From positions 9,769 through 73,768 of IMG/VR virus record IMGVR_UViG_3300025917_000002: a stretch of DNA of 64,000 nt. One strand, 5' to 3'. The DNA is from a virus. The notes beneath the pieces were generated by a model that saw only the letters and a program-made list of their open reading frames with translations, made no database searches and was not told the DNA's origin. The position numbers were made by a program, and so were the translations under genes. Positions 37,853-48,295 of the stretch are shown here, one piece after another. Numbering within the stretch: position 1 is the stretch's first letter; every line of letters starts with the position of its first letter.

Positions 37853-38821
37853 ATGCCGATGCTCAGGACCCAATACCCCGAGCTATTCCAGCTCGATACG
37901 GTCACGCAGACGCGGCTCTCATTGCTGGAGTCCCTGTCTGACATGGCCTTCGATATGTTCCCACCCGAGTTCAACAAGATCGTCCGTGAGTCCGACGGGG
38001 ACGGCACGGGCGAAACCGATAAGGCGATGGGGGGCTTCGGGCTCCCGCAAGAGGTCGATGGTGAACTTGGCGGAGTCCACTACGATGTCCAGTCCCAATG
38101 GTTCCAACAGACATACATTTTTGGGCGATTCACCCTTGGTTTCATCGTCTCGCTCGAAATGCAGGAAGACGACCAGTGGGGCTTGGCTGGCACCCGATCG
38201 AAGAAGTTTGGGCGCTCGTGGAAGCAGCTTCCCGAAGTCCTCGTCGCCCGCCTACTCAACGAGTCCTTCACCTCGACGACCCAAAGCGGGATCATGAACG
38301 CCGGTCGCAGGTCGCCGGATGGAGTTGCCCTGTTCTCCACTTCCCACCCCAATCCGGGGCCGGGTGGTGGCGTCCAGTCCAACACCAACGCCAGCGGCGG
38401 CGTTGCCCTCTCACACCAGGGGCTTGAAGCCATGATGATCCGTATGGCCTCGCGCACGGATGACCGGGGGATTCCCGTCAACACGCCGATGAAGAAGCTG
38501 GTCGTGCCGAAGGAACTCTACCCACGGGCTCTCGAAGTCACGGGGTCGAGCTTCCGAACGGACACCCTGTTCCGCGTTGACAACGTGCTGAACAAGGTCT
38601 ACCCGATCGAGGTCATCCAGAACCACAACCTCACGAGTGCAACCGCCTACTTCGGCTTCAGCGATTCCGAGCAATGCGGACTCCGCTGGATTTGGCGTCG
38701 CCGCCCGACCCGCCGTATGTGGAAAGACCCGAACACCGAAGCCATGCACGTCGCGGGGAGCGCGCGGTTCGATTTCGGTTATTCTCACAGTTTTGGAAGT
38801 GACGGCGACCCCGGGGCCTAA
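37853..38821 (+). CDS. major capsid protein (HK97 fold, Mu gpT-like)
   Basis: LGFIVSLEMQEDD, DGVALFSTSHP, DDRG.P, KLVVP.EL, LTSATAYF. Confidence 0.88.
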   Translation: MPMLRTQYPELFQLDTVTQTRLSLLESLSDMAFDMFPPEFNKIVRESDGDGTGETDKAMGGFGLPQEVDGELGGVHYDVQSQWFQQTYIFGRFTLGFIVSLEMQEDDQWGLAGTRSKKFGRSWKQLPEVLVARLLNESFTSTTQSGIMNAGRRSPDGVALFSTSHPNPGPGGGVQSNTNASGGVALSHQGLEAMMIRMASRTDDRGIPVNTPMKKLVVPKELYPRALEVTGSSFRTDTLFRVDNVLNKVYPIEVIQNHNLTSATAYFGFSDSEQCGLRWIWRRRPTRRMWKDPNTEAMHVAGSARFDFGYSHSFGSDGDPGA

Positions 38822-38830
38822 TGATTAGAT

Positions 38831-39448
38831 TCAAGGGGTTACGGCCTTCTTTGGACGGGGCGGACGTGGTTTAACGATGTCCGAGATTGTTGAGAAATGG
38901 AGGCCGAACTCGGCACCGAGGGCGGTTAGCTTTTCGCCTTGGGCGCGACGCTGGCGAATCTCTTCACGCTGAGCATCGGAAACTTTTGACGAGCCGTTCT
39001 TTTCGCCCCGGAGTGCCCGTTCTGGATTGCGATGAAGATAATGAGTATCACCTTTAGGACATCGGCCAAGAGCCATTGCGTGATCGACGTTCTCGCGGTG
39101 CGTGATATATCGCAGGTTGGTTATGCGATTGTTCAATGGGTAGCCGTCTTGGTGATCCAACTCAAGGCCCTTCGGCTTTGGGCCGAGGAACGTAGCAGCA
39201 ATCACGTTACCAACTTCAAGCCATCGCCCCTTGCCGTTCCCATCCCACAATTGAACCTTGTAGCGGCCTTTTTTAGTCAAGCCGTAGCGAAGATAACGAA
39301 CATGTTCGCCCAACGGAGTCGAACTAAAGGCGATGTCTCGGCGAATACGGCCAAGGGTAGATGCGGAGTAATGGATATAGAGGGGAATCGTTTTCCACTC
39401 TTCCAGTTGCAATTCAGCATCGGTAAAGGTAGGTTGCTCAACAGGCAT
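38831..39448 (-). CDS. NUMOD4-HNH homing endonuclease
   Basis: EEWKTI..YSAST.GRI, ELDHQDGYPLNNRITNLRY..RENVDH, GEKNGSSK, C-terminal HTH; antisense to the structural operon. Confidence 0.88.
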   Translation of the reverse strand: MPVEQPTFTDAELQLEEWKTIPLYIHYSASTLGRIRRDIAFSSTPLGEHVRYLRYGLTKKGRYKVQLWDGNGKGRWLEVGNVIAATFLGPKPKGLELDHQDGYPLNNRITNLRYITHRENVDHAMALGRCPKGDTHYLHRNPERALRGEKNGSSKVSDAQREEIRQRRAQGEKLTALGAEFGLHFSTISDIVKPRPPRPKKAVTP

Positions 39449-39550
39449 GGTCTGAAGCCTCCTTTCAGGCTGTGTCTTGAGCCCGCGATGTTCAACGCAT
39501 CGACGGGCTCGCTTATTGTACCAGACCCAGTGTTCTAAAGGAACAATGTC

Positions 39551-39898
39551 ATGCCAATCGCAAACATAGATTTCGAGTTCTGGCACGCAGACGACTCCAC
39601 CGGCTCGCACAGATCAAAGGTGCGAGTCGAGGTGATCGCAGGCGTTTGCCGCGTCTACGTCCAGAAGACTGAGGGGCGGGGGCCGTTTCCGGTGTTCCTT
39701 TACGGCACGTTAACGATGGCGGAATCACCGTCGGCGAGCGCATCAGTTTCGGCCAGCCCGAGCGTTAGCTCATCGGCGTCACCATCGGCTAGCCCAAGTG
39801 TGTCGGCATCGGCATCACCGTCAACCTCGGCTTCAGCTTCGCCGTCTACGTCAGCTTCGGCGTCATCGTCGGTATCGGCTTCAACCAGCCCAAGCTAG
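39551..39898 (+). CDS. small putative virion protein with 57-aa (Ser-X)n tail
   Basis: Short beta-rich N-domain followed by [13 protein letters not shown]... Confidence 0.8.
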   Translation: MPIANIDFEFWHADDSTGSHRSKVRVEVIAGVCRVYVQKTEGRGPFPVFLYGTLTMAESPSASASVSASPSVSSSASPSASPSVSASASPSTSASASPSTSASASSSVSASTSPS

Positions 39899-39910
39899 GA
39901 GGTCTGAACT

Positions 39911-40512
39911 ATGGCAAAAACGAAAGCTCCACCAAAAGAAACACCGCTCAAGACCTTCGAGCCAAGCCCAATTCCCGGCGACACGTTCCACGAGCGCGGC
40001 CCGGCGATCCGCGTTGGCAAGAAGGAAGGGCCGCTGCCGGGAAACTTCCCCGGCTACCACCAGCTCAAGGTAGCGGGATTCACGACCTACGGGTCGGCTC
40101 GCACCATCGTCGATCTCAAGTTGATCGCGAATTTGGACGAGCCGACCCAAAAAGCAGTCGAGAAGGCCCTCGAAGAATAGCAGTTGGTTGTATCTAGTGC
40201 TTCTCTGAGGGCGGGCCACAAACGCCCGTCCTTTTTTGCAGCAGGAGGTGCAGTATGGCTAAGAAAGTGATCGTCAAGCAGAAGGCGAAGGTTAAGCCGG
40301 TAGTCAAGCGTAAACCACGCTACGACAGCGCGCAGGTTCACACCGCCCAAGCAATCGGGCGGCGACACGTTGAGCTCCGCAACGGCCCTGACGGCTACGA
40401 GATGGAGCTGATCGTCGGCACCGACAGCGGCGACCGCCACTTGGCAACGCTGGTGTTCGAGCCCGCCGAAGCCAAGAAGCTGCGGGACGGGCTGGTTGCG
40501 CTTGTAAAGTAG
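39911..40512 (+). CDS. two small basic hypothetical proteins (39911..40180, 40255..40512)
   Basis: Strong GGAGGT SDs. Confidence 0.7.
40209..40237 (+). terminator. rho-independent terminator
   Basis: GGGCGGGC/GCCCGTCC stem + T6. Confidence 0.75.
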
Positions 40513-40518
40513 GGAACG

Positions 40519-41439
40519 ATGGCAGAAACCCTTGGGGCGTTCAGACTGCGAGTATCGAAAACCCCGGTTGGCGCGTCGGTTGATCCCGACGTTCTCAACG
40601 GTGAGATAAATGATTGTGTGGAGAGAATCTGCCGTGCCTTCCCGTGGACCCGCCTCAAGCAGCAATCGGTCTTGCAGACCGTGGCGGAATACACCACGGG
40701 TACAGTTGACATTGCTCTCGGCGCGACCTCGGGCACGGGTACCGGAACCACGTTCACAACTGCAATGACCGGGCGTTTCATCCGCCTTAGCAATCTCCTC
40801 CCCCCTTACATCTTCACGTTCGTCTCTACCACATCGTTCACTATCGACCGTCCCTTCGAGGGGGCTACGCTGGACGACGCGGGATTCAAAATCTACCAGT
40901 CGATCTTCGAGCTACCGGCGACGCTGGAATCCATCAGCAGCCTTCGCAACCTGACCTTCGGCTACGACCTGAACCCCGAAACCCGCGAGTGGCTCGACCG
41001 CAACGCAGCCGCGCGCTACGCCTACGGCCAACCGGCGATGTACGTGCCAGCCGAGGACAGCGCAGCGGGGCTACAACAAATCGAACTCTACCCCGCGCCA
41101 ATCGTCTCGCAGGGCCTTGGGATGGACTGGCGAACGCAACCGCCCCTGTTCGATCTTGAGAACCTCGACACGGACGACACCTTCCCCGACTGGTTCTCGA
41201 TGCCAGCGGTGATGGCGGGGGTTCTGGCCTCGCTCTACCGGCTACAGGGTGAACAGGCCCTTGCGCAGATGGAAGAAGCTCGGTTCCTGATGCTCGTTCG
41301 CGAGATGCAAAGCGAAGACGCGCGGCGGATGCCGCCTCAAACGATGCGCCAAGCAGATCGCTACGTGATGCACCGGGTTCGGCGCGCGAACCACGGGGAC
41401 GATTACGACATAACGAATTGGTCCGACGCAGGGAGCTAA
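40519..41439 (+). CDS. head-tail adaptor / neck ring protein
   Basis: IND..ERI....PW, FELP, GQPAMY, IELYPAP pattern with an inserted beta domain. Confidence 0.65.
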   Translation: MAETLGAFRLRVSKTPVGASVDPDVLNGEINDCVERICRAFPWTRLKQQSVLQTVAEYTTGTVDIALGATSGTGTGTTFTTAMTGRFIRLSNLLPPYIFTFVSTTSFTIDRPFEGATLDDAGFKIYQSIFELPATLESISSLRNLTFGYDLNPETREWLDRNAAARYAYGQPAMYVPAEDSAAGLQQIELYPAPIVSQGLGMDWRTQPPLFDLENLDTDDTFPDWFSMPAVMAGVLASLYRLQGEQALAQMEEARFLMLVREMQSEDARRMPPQTMRQADRYVMHRVRRANHGDDYDITNWSDAGS

Positions 41440-41448
41440 GGAGGACTT

Positions 41449-41781
41449 ATGCCGGGCACCACACAGGCATTTCACGCACCAACAACAGCGACCATCGCCG
41501 CAGCCGGAACCAAGACCGGCTCGATCGGCTTCGGCTCGTTCACACGGGGCATCTTTATCCTGCCTGCCGGTTACGAGGGCACAGGCATAACTTTTGAGGT
41601 CAGCGTGGACAATGACACGTTCGTTCCGCTCAACAACGATAGCGGTGCAGTCCCCTTGGTAGTTGCTGCGAGCAAGGGCTACGCGCTTCCAACGGGTCTT
41701 GCTGGGGCTCTCTACTTTAAGATCGTTGCGGGCACAACACAAGCTGCGGATCGTGTGATCCAGCTGAGCCTGAAATCTTAG
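41449..41781 (+). CDS. small beta-rich virion protein
   Basis: ITFEVSVDNDTF; GGAGG SD. Confidence 0.65.
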   Translation: MPGTTQAFHAPTTATIAAAGTKTGSIGFGSFTRGIFILPAGYEGTGITFEVSVDNDTFVPLNNDSGAVPLVVAASKGYALPTGLAGALYFKIVAGTTQAADRVIQLSLKS

Positions 41782-41810
41782 GGCGGTTCAATGTACCGCG
41801 TTAGCAAACG

Positions 41811-41840
41811 GGGCTGAGGCAGCGGGCCTCGGCCCTTTTT
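41811..41840 (+). terminator. rho-independent terminator
   Basis: GGGCTGAGGC/GCCTCGGCCC + T5. Confidence 0.75.
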
Positions 41841-41858
41841 GGTTGAAGGAGAATTACG

Positions 41859-42371
41859 ATGGCAAGTGGCGATACCCTAGCGATCCTCTATCCCCAACAC
41901 AACAACCCGCCCGCCGCCGCTTACGCGACTCGTGACACGCGCAACGGTCATCCGGTTCTGAACTTCGACGGCGCTACAGACGAGGAAGCGGTCTTCTCGT
42001 CCATCTTGCCCCGCCGCTACGCCGGGGGCGGCCTGACCGTCAACCTCTGGGTCGGATGCGCCTCGGCAACGACCGGCACAATGCGCTGGCAGGCAGACAT
42101 CGAGCGGGCTGGCATCGCCGATGGCAGCGGCTTAGATATTGACAGCGACGGCTTCACCGGCACGTTCGAGTCCAACGGCGTGTCCGCCCCAGCCGCAACG
42201 GGCCAGTTCGCGGTCTGTGCCATTACCATCACCAGCGGCGCGCAGATGGACTCGCTGGCGGTGGGCGAGCCTTTTCGACTGAAGATCAGGCGTGACGCGG
42301 ATGGGACGAGTGGCACGGACAATATCACCACCGACTGCCAATTGTTGGCAATAGAAATTCAGGAGACATAA
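41859..42371 (+). CDS. beta-sandwich virion protein
   Basis: [17 protein letters not shown]; precedes the LamG gene. Confidence 0.65.
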   Translation: MASGDTLAILYPQHNNPPAAAYATRDTRNGHPVLNFDGATDEEAVFSSILPRRYAGGGLTVNLWVGCASATTGTMRWQADIERAGIADGSGLDIDSDGFTGTFESNGVSAPAATGQFAVCAITITSGAQMDSLAVGEPFRLKIRRDADGTSGTDNITTDCQLLAIEIQET

Positions 42372-42375
42372 TCGG

Positions 42376-44466
42376 GTGGCGCGTTTATTTGACGGCACCA
42401 ATGACTCGCTTCAAGCCGCGTCTGTTGACCTCTCAGCGGTCGATAAGCTCACGCTGTCCCTATGGCTCTGGTGGGATGCCTTCGCCAACAACGATGACCT
42501 TGCCTTAGAGTTCACCGCCGATGCAGGCGGTAACGTCGGTTCCTTTTATCTCGATCCGAACCACTCAACCAGCGGTGCTTTCCAAGTGCTCATCGGCCCA
42601 ACCGGCTCCATAACTCAAGGAACCTTTACCCGTCCCAGCGCAGCAGCTTGGCATCACTACGTCATCCAGCTCGACAAGTCAACCAATCCTGATTCGATTG
42701 CAGTCTGGGTTGACGGCGTTTCTCAGACCTTTACCTACGGTAGCCAAGTTGACCAAGGCAGCAACTTCGCCAATGCGACGCTCAACTTCATGAGCCGGAA
42801 CAACGCTTCGCTGTTCGGCGCGGGGCGACAGGCTGAGGTGGCGATCTGGCCGGGGGTACTACTGGACCAAGCTGAGATCACCGCGCTCGCGCAGGGGTAT
42901 ACGCCGGACCAAATCCGCCCAACTGCCAAGCCTTACTATTGGCCGCTGCACGGGCGTAACTCGCCTGAGAACGAGTTGTTCTTCGGAGCTAGCGCAACGG
43001 TCAACGGCGCGACCCAGACCGACCATCCGCGCATCATTGAGCCACGGGCATTGGAGTTCCAGACCGAGCCGATTGGTACGAGCCCGAGCCCATCGGTTAG
43101 CCCGAGCACGTCGCCGAGTGCGTCCCCTTCGGTGTCCGCCTCAGCATCACCGTCTGTCTCGCCCAGCACCTCTGAGAGCGTGTCACCGTCTACATCCGAA
43201 TCAGGGAGCGCGTCGCCAAGCGTCAGTCCAAGCCCGTCTCCTTCTACCAGCCCATCGGCGTCGCCCTCTGCCAGCGCGTCCGCTTCGACGAGTACGTCCG
43301 AGTCTGCCTCACCTAGCGTTAGCCCAAGCGCAAGCGGAAGCGAGTCCCCGTCCACGAGCGCCAGCGCGACCGGCAGCGTCAGCCCGAGTACCTCGCCCTC
43401 GGCCTCGGCATCGGGTAGCACGTCGGCCAGTACCTCAGCTAGCGCATCGTCCAGCACATCAAGCTCGCGCTCTGCCTCGGCATCGCCATCCCATTCGGTT
43501 AGCGCGAGCCCTTCGGCGTCGGTGAGCGAGAGCCCCTCAGTCTCAGCGTCGCGCTCCGCGTCGGCCTCGCCTTCCACATCCGTCAGTTCGTCGCCGTCTG
43601 CAAGCGCGAGCCTCAGCGGTTCGGCCTCCGCAAGCCCTTCGGCCTCAACATCCGTCTCGTCCTCAGCTTCGCGCTCACCATCGGTCAGCGAGTCCGGCAG
43701 TGCCAGCGCCTCAGTCAGCGCATCATCCGGCGAAGAAGAAGTCCCCTGTGACCTGACCCTCGCGAACCTACGCTTCCGCGTTCTTGACATGCTTGACGAC
43801 GTGCCCGGTCGCTACTGGACCCCGGCTGAGATCGACCACGCAATCAACGTTGCGCAGCGGCTCTGGTGCCTTTTGACCCTGTGCCTCGAAAAGACCGTAG
43901 TTTATACCCTCTCAACGGACGGTCGCGCCTTCTATCTTATCAGCGACCAGATAGACGACTTCATCGTGCCCCTCCGCGTGAGCCACACGGGCGGTGCTCG
44001 GCTCAAGTCGGACACCATCCATAACCTCGATCTCCGTAGCAGCACTTGGCGCGTCACGCCGGGTCCGCCCACGCGCTACGCGCAGTACGGCTTCGACCTT
44101 CTGGCTATCACGCCGCAACCCACGGTCGCTTCGACCTTGACTATTACCTATGCAGCGGAGCCGGTTGAACTCGTGGCGGACGCCGACGTACCGGACATCC
44201 AGCCGGAACAGCAGGTTCACCTTGAGCAGTTCGCGTTCTGGTTCGCGAGGTTGAAGGAGGGCGGAGCGGAACTACAGAATGCAGTGGCGAACCTCAATAC
44301 GTTCCTCGATGCGGCGACCAAGTATGCGTCGTTCACGAGGGCACGGTCACGCGCTCAGCTCTATGACAACATCCCTTTCGACGTGGCATCATTCGATCGC
44401 GGTCGTTTCGAGATCAAACTGAAGAACCAGCCCCGAATGGAAGCGAGGAAAACCAGTGGTACTTAG
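42376..44466 (+). CDS. LamG/ConA-like domain + 216-aa (Ser-X)n stalk + adaptor-ring-like domain
   Basis: FDGTND, LTLSLW, WHHYV, VWVDG, G..AEVAIW...L...EI; Ser tract 43081-43728; [28 protein letters not shown]. Confidence 0.8.
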   Translation: MARLFDGTNDSLQAASVDLSAVDKLTLSLWLWWDAFANNDDLALEFTADAGGNVGSFYLDPNHSTSGAFQVLIGPTGSITQGTFTRPSAAAWHHYVIQLDKSTNPDSIAVWVDGVSQTFTYGSQVDQGSNFANATLNFMSRNNASLFGAGRQAEVAIWPGVLLDQAEITALAQGYTPDQIRPTAKPYYWPLHGRNSPENELFFGASATVNGATQTDHPRIIEPRALEFQTEPIGTSPSPSVSPSTSPSASPSVSASASPSVSPSTSESVSPSTSESGSASPSVSPSPSPSTSPSASPSASASASTSTSESASPSVSPSASGSESPSTSASATGSVSPSTSPSASASGSTSASTSASASSSTSSSRSASASPSHSVSASPSASVSESPSVSASRSASASPSTSVSSSPSASASLSGSASASPSASTSVSSSASRSPSVSESGSASASVSASSGEEEVPCDLTLANLRFRVLDMLDDVPGRYWTPAEIDHAINVAQRLWCLLTLCLEKTVVYTLSTDGRAFYLISDQIDDFIVPLRVSHTGGARLKSDTIHNLDLRSSTWRVTPGPPTRYAQYGFDLLAITPQPTVASTLTITYAAEPVELVADADVPDIQPEQQVHLEQFAFWFARLKEGGAELQNAVANLNTFLDAATKYASFTRARSRAQLYDNIPFDVASFDRGRFEIKLKNQPRMEARKTSGT

Positions 44467-45085
44467 CGTCGCAACCCTCATCACTCAGCTCTACCCGCAG
44501 CTCCACGGCAGCAGTGAGGCGGACCTAGTTTTCACTGATGACGATGACATGGTTCGCCTGTTCTCGGACGCGATCAAGAACCTCGCTCAACGGTTCGGCG
44601 TGTTCGTCCTGCGCCACATCAACCGCTCGCTCGTCCAGGGGCAGCTTTACTATGACGCGCCCCCTCGCCACCTCTCCACGCTCCACGTCGCGATCCTCGA
44701 AACGGGTAAGCCGCTTGCTGCCAGTTCCACCAAGGAACAGGAGCTTCGCTCGACGGCGTATGAGACGACGCAAGCAACCGCCGCCAAGCCAATCCGCTGG
44801 TGGATCGAAGACAAGGCTGGCGTCAACCGGGTAGGGATCGTGCCCCTGCCGGGGGCGGATGACTCGGGGAACCATTGGGATATGGTTTATCATGCTTACT
44901 CTTGCAACGTACTAGAGGGGATCGAGACGAACCACACTTGGGGTGATTATCTCTCGCACGTAGTTATGGCCGATCTGTGGACACCGGAGTCCGACTTCTC
45001 CATCCCCGAGAGCGCCAAAGGCTACCGAGCGTTAGCCAATCTGTACGAAGCGGTCGCTGAGAAGCTGTGGAACAAAGCTCAGTAG
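44456..45085 (+). CDS. adaptor/neck ring paralog
   Basis: [22 protein letters not shown]. Confidence 0.6.
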   Translation: MVLSVATLITQLYPQLHGSSEADLVFTDDDDMVRLFSDAIKNLAQRFGVFVLRHINRSLVQGQLYYDAPPRHLSTLHVAILETGKPLAASSTKEQELRSTAYETTQATAAKPIRWWIEDKAGVNRVGIVPLPGADDSGNHWDMVYHAYSCNVLEGIETNHTWGDYLSHVVMADLWTPESDFSIPESAKGYRALANLYEAVAEKLWNKAQ

Positions 45086-45097
45086 GAGAACCTGTAG

Positions 45098-48000
45098 ATG
45101 CCGTATCAGAAAAGCGTCCAACGAGTGCTCGCCGGTTCCACGAACCTCCGCGCCCGCGCCACGGAAATCCCCGGTGACGATAACCAGAAGTCCGTCAACA
45201 TCGCCTTCGACCAAGCGGGCGGCCTCCGCTCGCGCAAGGGCCACGATCTCATCTGCACCGCCAGCGGTTCCGTCAGCCAGATGCTCCGCGCGATGGGTTC
45301 CCGCTGGCAGGCCACCAAGGAAGCCTATATCACCGGCTTCAAGAAGTACGTCTGGAAGATGGGCGCGGGTGAGGTAGATAAGGCTTGTCAGACGATCATC
45401 AGCACAACGGGGCCGCGCAAGAGCGACGGGACGAATGATTGGCGCTGGATTCCGGTTGCGCCCACCGACGCTCCCGTCATCGAAGCCGCCGAAGAAGTCC
45501 TCACGGTTGTCGATGAGTTCACGGGGGGCTGGTCCAAGGATACGGATATAACGGTTGATGAGGAGGGCAACCGGACTGATGACGACGGGAACCTGCTGAA
45601 CGAGGACGGCAACCCGGTTGACGCGGACGGCAACTTGCTCTCGGGCTTTGATGCCTTGGGATATGACTACGACTCGCATGGGCTGCGCGTAAAGGGCGGG
45701 ACCAACAAGGTAGTTTCCTTCACCAAATCCGTTGAACTCGACCTGTCCGACGGGTTCGACCTGAACGACCTGTTCCGCGTGCGCCTGCGAGCCAAGAAGT
45801 GGTCAAGCATCGTCGGCGTCAGCTTCGACGTGGACGTAAACGATGGCTCTTTCCAGAAGGACTACTATAAGGTTCGGATGCCGCTCAAGGAGATTCTGAC
45901 CGCCAAGAAAGAGACGGTCACGTTCTATATTCGCAAGCGGCTGCTGGAGGTTGGGGACGCAGCCAAGAACAAGAACCGCTACGGCTCGTTTGAGCGCATC
46001 GGCTCGACCACGGATAAGGACTGGAGATCGGTCGTAGCTCTCCGCGTGAAGGTGGAGTTCTCCATCCAGACCAAGTTCTGGTTTTCGAATTGGGTGATGA
46101 TCGGCGACGCCGACAATACGCTCGAAGGTGACGACTTCCAGGTCTGCTACACCTACGATACCGAAGACGGCCACGAGTCGAACCCCTCGCCTTGGAGCGA
46201 CCCGATCGTTGTCAATCACGTTGCGATTAAGGTCACGGACATGGTGACGAGCGGTGACGAACAGGTCATCGGCCAGAACATCTACCTGCGTGGGGGCACC
46301 CTCGCGCTGCCCTACCGGGTCAACGGAGCCAAGCTCGGCGAGGACGGCCAACCCACGGAAACCGAGCCGATCACCGGGGCTGAATACACCATCACGGCCA
46401 ACGCCAACGAGCTTTCCGATCTCGACATCGTTCTGGAAGACGACCATGATGACCCACCGGATGCGACGGGCCTTGCTGACGCTCCGTTTTACGGTCGCCT
46501 GCTCGCCTTTAAGGATGCCCGCTTCTACTGGTCGCACCAAAACAAGCCCTTCGCTTTCGCTAATCCCGATGGCCCCGACGGTGACTGGGACGAGATCGAC
46601 GAGAACGCGGGAATCATCAAGCGGATGGTCGTGCGGTTCCAGCAGACCCGGCTCTACTGCGAGAACGCGATCCTGGTTCTCGAAGGCGACCCGGCGGACG
46701 CGCTGGCCGTCATCCATCCATCCGGCGTCGAGATGGGCACGCCCTCGCGCTTCGGCGTCTGCAAGGCCGTCGGGGGCGTTGACGTGGCTTATCTCGGTGG
46801 CGGCATCTACCTCGTGGACGACAGCAGCGTCCAGAAGATTTCCGAAGGGGTCGAGCCAATCTTCCAAGGGCTCAGCACCAACCTGTGGGACGGCACGGTC
46901 GCCTCGCCAATCGGCGACCCGACCACCGTTGCTGTCGGTTACGAGGACGGTATTATCTACGTCAGCTATGACAACGGGATGCTGGCGATGGACTTGCTGC
47001 GCCGCCGCTGGTTCCAGGACTCGCGCCGGTTCACCTGCTTCCAGGCTGAGGGCGAAGTTGGCCTACTCGGCGGCCAGTCTAGCGGTAAGGTTCTCCACCT
47101 GAACACCGGCAACACCGATGAGGGGGCCGCGTTCCCGATTGACTTTCTGAGCAAAGCCTACGACTGCGGTATCAGCGATAACGAGAAGCGGTGGGAGGAC
47201 ATCACCATCTTCCATGATACCGCCAACCAGGACTTGACCGTCAGTATCTACCCGTTTGAAACCGCCGCCGTTCAGAGCGTGGTCATTAATAGCGGCTTGC
47301 GGACCCGCACGGTCATCCAACTCAACGATGGGAATGGTATCCGTTCGCGGAACCTCGCGGTTCGCATCACGGGCGACGTGACGAACCCAATCTTCATCGA
47401 CGCGATTGACATCAACTATTACCCCGAAGCCCGCGAGGCGAAGTCCTATGACACAGCGGTCAGCGACGCCGGAACGCCGAAGGTTAAGCTGATCCGCGAG
47501 GTCCAATGTGACCTTGAGAATGATGGTCCCGTTACGGTCACGGTCGAAGGCGACGTGCCGGGTTTTGCTCTCGGCATCACCCGAGAGTCGCACACGCTCA
47601 CGGCTAATCCGTTTCGGCACACCGAGCCCGTCGTGATGACCTCGCCGAGCCTCATCTACGGTCACGATTTCCGCGTGGTCGCAAGCGCCGACAGCGGGCA
47701 CTTCCATATGTTCGGTGTGCGCGCGCTGGTCCAGTTCATCGGGACGTATCTGCACGGCACGAAGGGCGAGTACTACCTCAGCGACCCGATGGACTTTGGC
47801 TCCGAGCGGGTCAAGCTGGTTAAGGAGATTGAGATCATCTACGCTACGCTCGGGACGGTCGAGGTAACCATCTATACCGATCTGCCGGGAAACGCCGTCG
47901 TAGCGCGCGGTGTTACGTTCCTGCCCGCGACGCCTACCGCAGCGGTTGTCGGCGGTGAGCAGAGCATTAAGATTCCGCTTGTTGGAACGATCAAGGGGCG

Positions 48001-48178
48001 GTTGCTTCAGCTCAAGCTGGAGCCTTCGACGGACTGCCGAGTCGAAGCAATCCGGTTCTGGATGAAGATGATTGGAGCCCCAAACGCGACGCCGTGGCAG
48101 TGGTTTGACTTGCCGCTTGACCGGACCCAAGATGCGATCTGGGTGCCTCTAGCCTTTGGTGAAGATCAGGTAGCGTAG
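45098..48178 (+). CDS. tail nozzle / packaged-DNA stabilisation protein (P22 gp10 / T7 gp12-like)
   Basis: 1026 aa beta-rich; N.AFDQAGGLRSRKG, ESNPS, GRLL.F, FYWS, SKAYD.G...KRW; position after adaptors. Confidence 0.7.
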   Translation: MPYQKSVQRVLAGSTNLRARATEIPGDDNQKSVNIAFDQAGGLRSRKGHDLICTASGSVSQMLRAMGSRWQATKEAYITGFKKYVWKMGAGEVDKACQTIISTTGPRKSDGTNDWRWIPVAPTDAPVIEAAEEVLTVVDEFTGGWSKDTDITVDEEGNRTDDDGNLLNEDGNPVDADGNLLSGFDALGYDYDSHGLRVKGGTNKVVSFTKSVELDLSDGFDLNDLFRVRLRAKKWSSIVGVSFDVDVNDGSFQKDYYKVRMPLKEILTAKKETVTFYIRKRLLEVGDAAKNKNRYGSFERIGSTTDKDWRSVVALRVKVEFSIQTKFWFSNWVMIGDADNTLEGDDFQVCYTYDTEDGHESNPSPWSDPIVVNHVAIKVTDMVTSGDEQVIGQNIYLRGGTLALPYRVNGAKLGEDGQPTETEPITGAEYTITANANELSDLDIVLEDDHDDPPDATGLADAPFYGRLLAFKDARFYWSHQNKPFAFANPDGPDGDWDEIDENAGIIKRMVVRFQQTRLYCENAILVLEGDPADALAVIHPSGVEMGTPSRFGVCKAVGGVDVAYLGGGIYLVDDSSVQKISEGVEPIFQGLSTNLWDGTVASPIGDPTTVAVGYEDGIIYVSYDNGMLAMDLLRRRWFQDSRRFTCFQAEGEVGLLGGQSSGKVLHLNTGNTDEGAAFPIDFLSKAYDCGISDNEKRWEDITIFHDTANQDLTVSIYPFETAAVQSVVINSGLRTRTVIQLNDGNGIRSRNLAVRITGDVTNPIFIDAIDINYYPEAREAKSYDTAVSDAGTPKVKLIREVQCDLENDGPVTVTVEGDVPGFALGITRESHTLTANPFRHTEPVVMTSPSLIYGHDFRVVASADSGHFHMFGVRALVQFIGTYLHGTKGEYYLSDPMDFGSERVKLVKEIEIIYATLGTVEVTIYTDLPGNAVVARGVTFLPATPTAAVVGGEQSIKIPLVGTIKGRLLQLKLEPSTDCRVEAIRFWMKMIGAPNATPWQWFDLPLDRTQDAIWVPLAFGEDQVA

Positions 48179-48295
48179 GTAGCATAACATGCCAAACGGG
48201 CTGCTCAGATCACACTTACGTAAATTAACCGTAACCACCTGATCTTCATGATAGGATAGATGTAGTTCAAAGTTCACAAGACGATAAGGAGCGTA

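Noticed and set aside
38822-39550. Group I intron around the HNH gene
   Set aside because: The flanking genes end and start cleanly, the HNH is antisense, and no intron core was seen.
42936-43790. Long antisense D/G/L/A/E-rich ORFs (also 51242..51757 and 52175..53065)
   Set aside because: They are shadows of the Ser-X codons on the opposite strand, with no independent coding signal.
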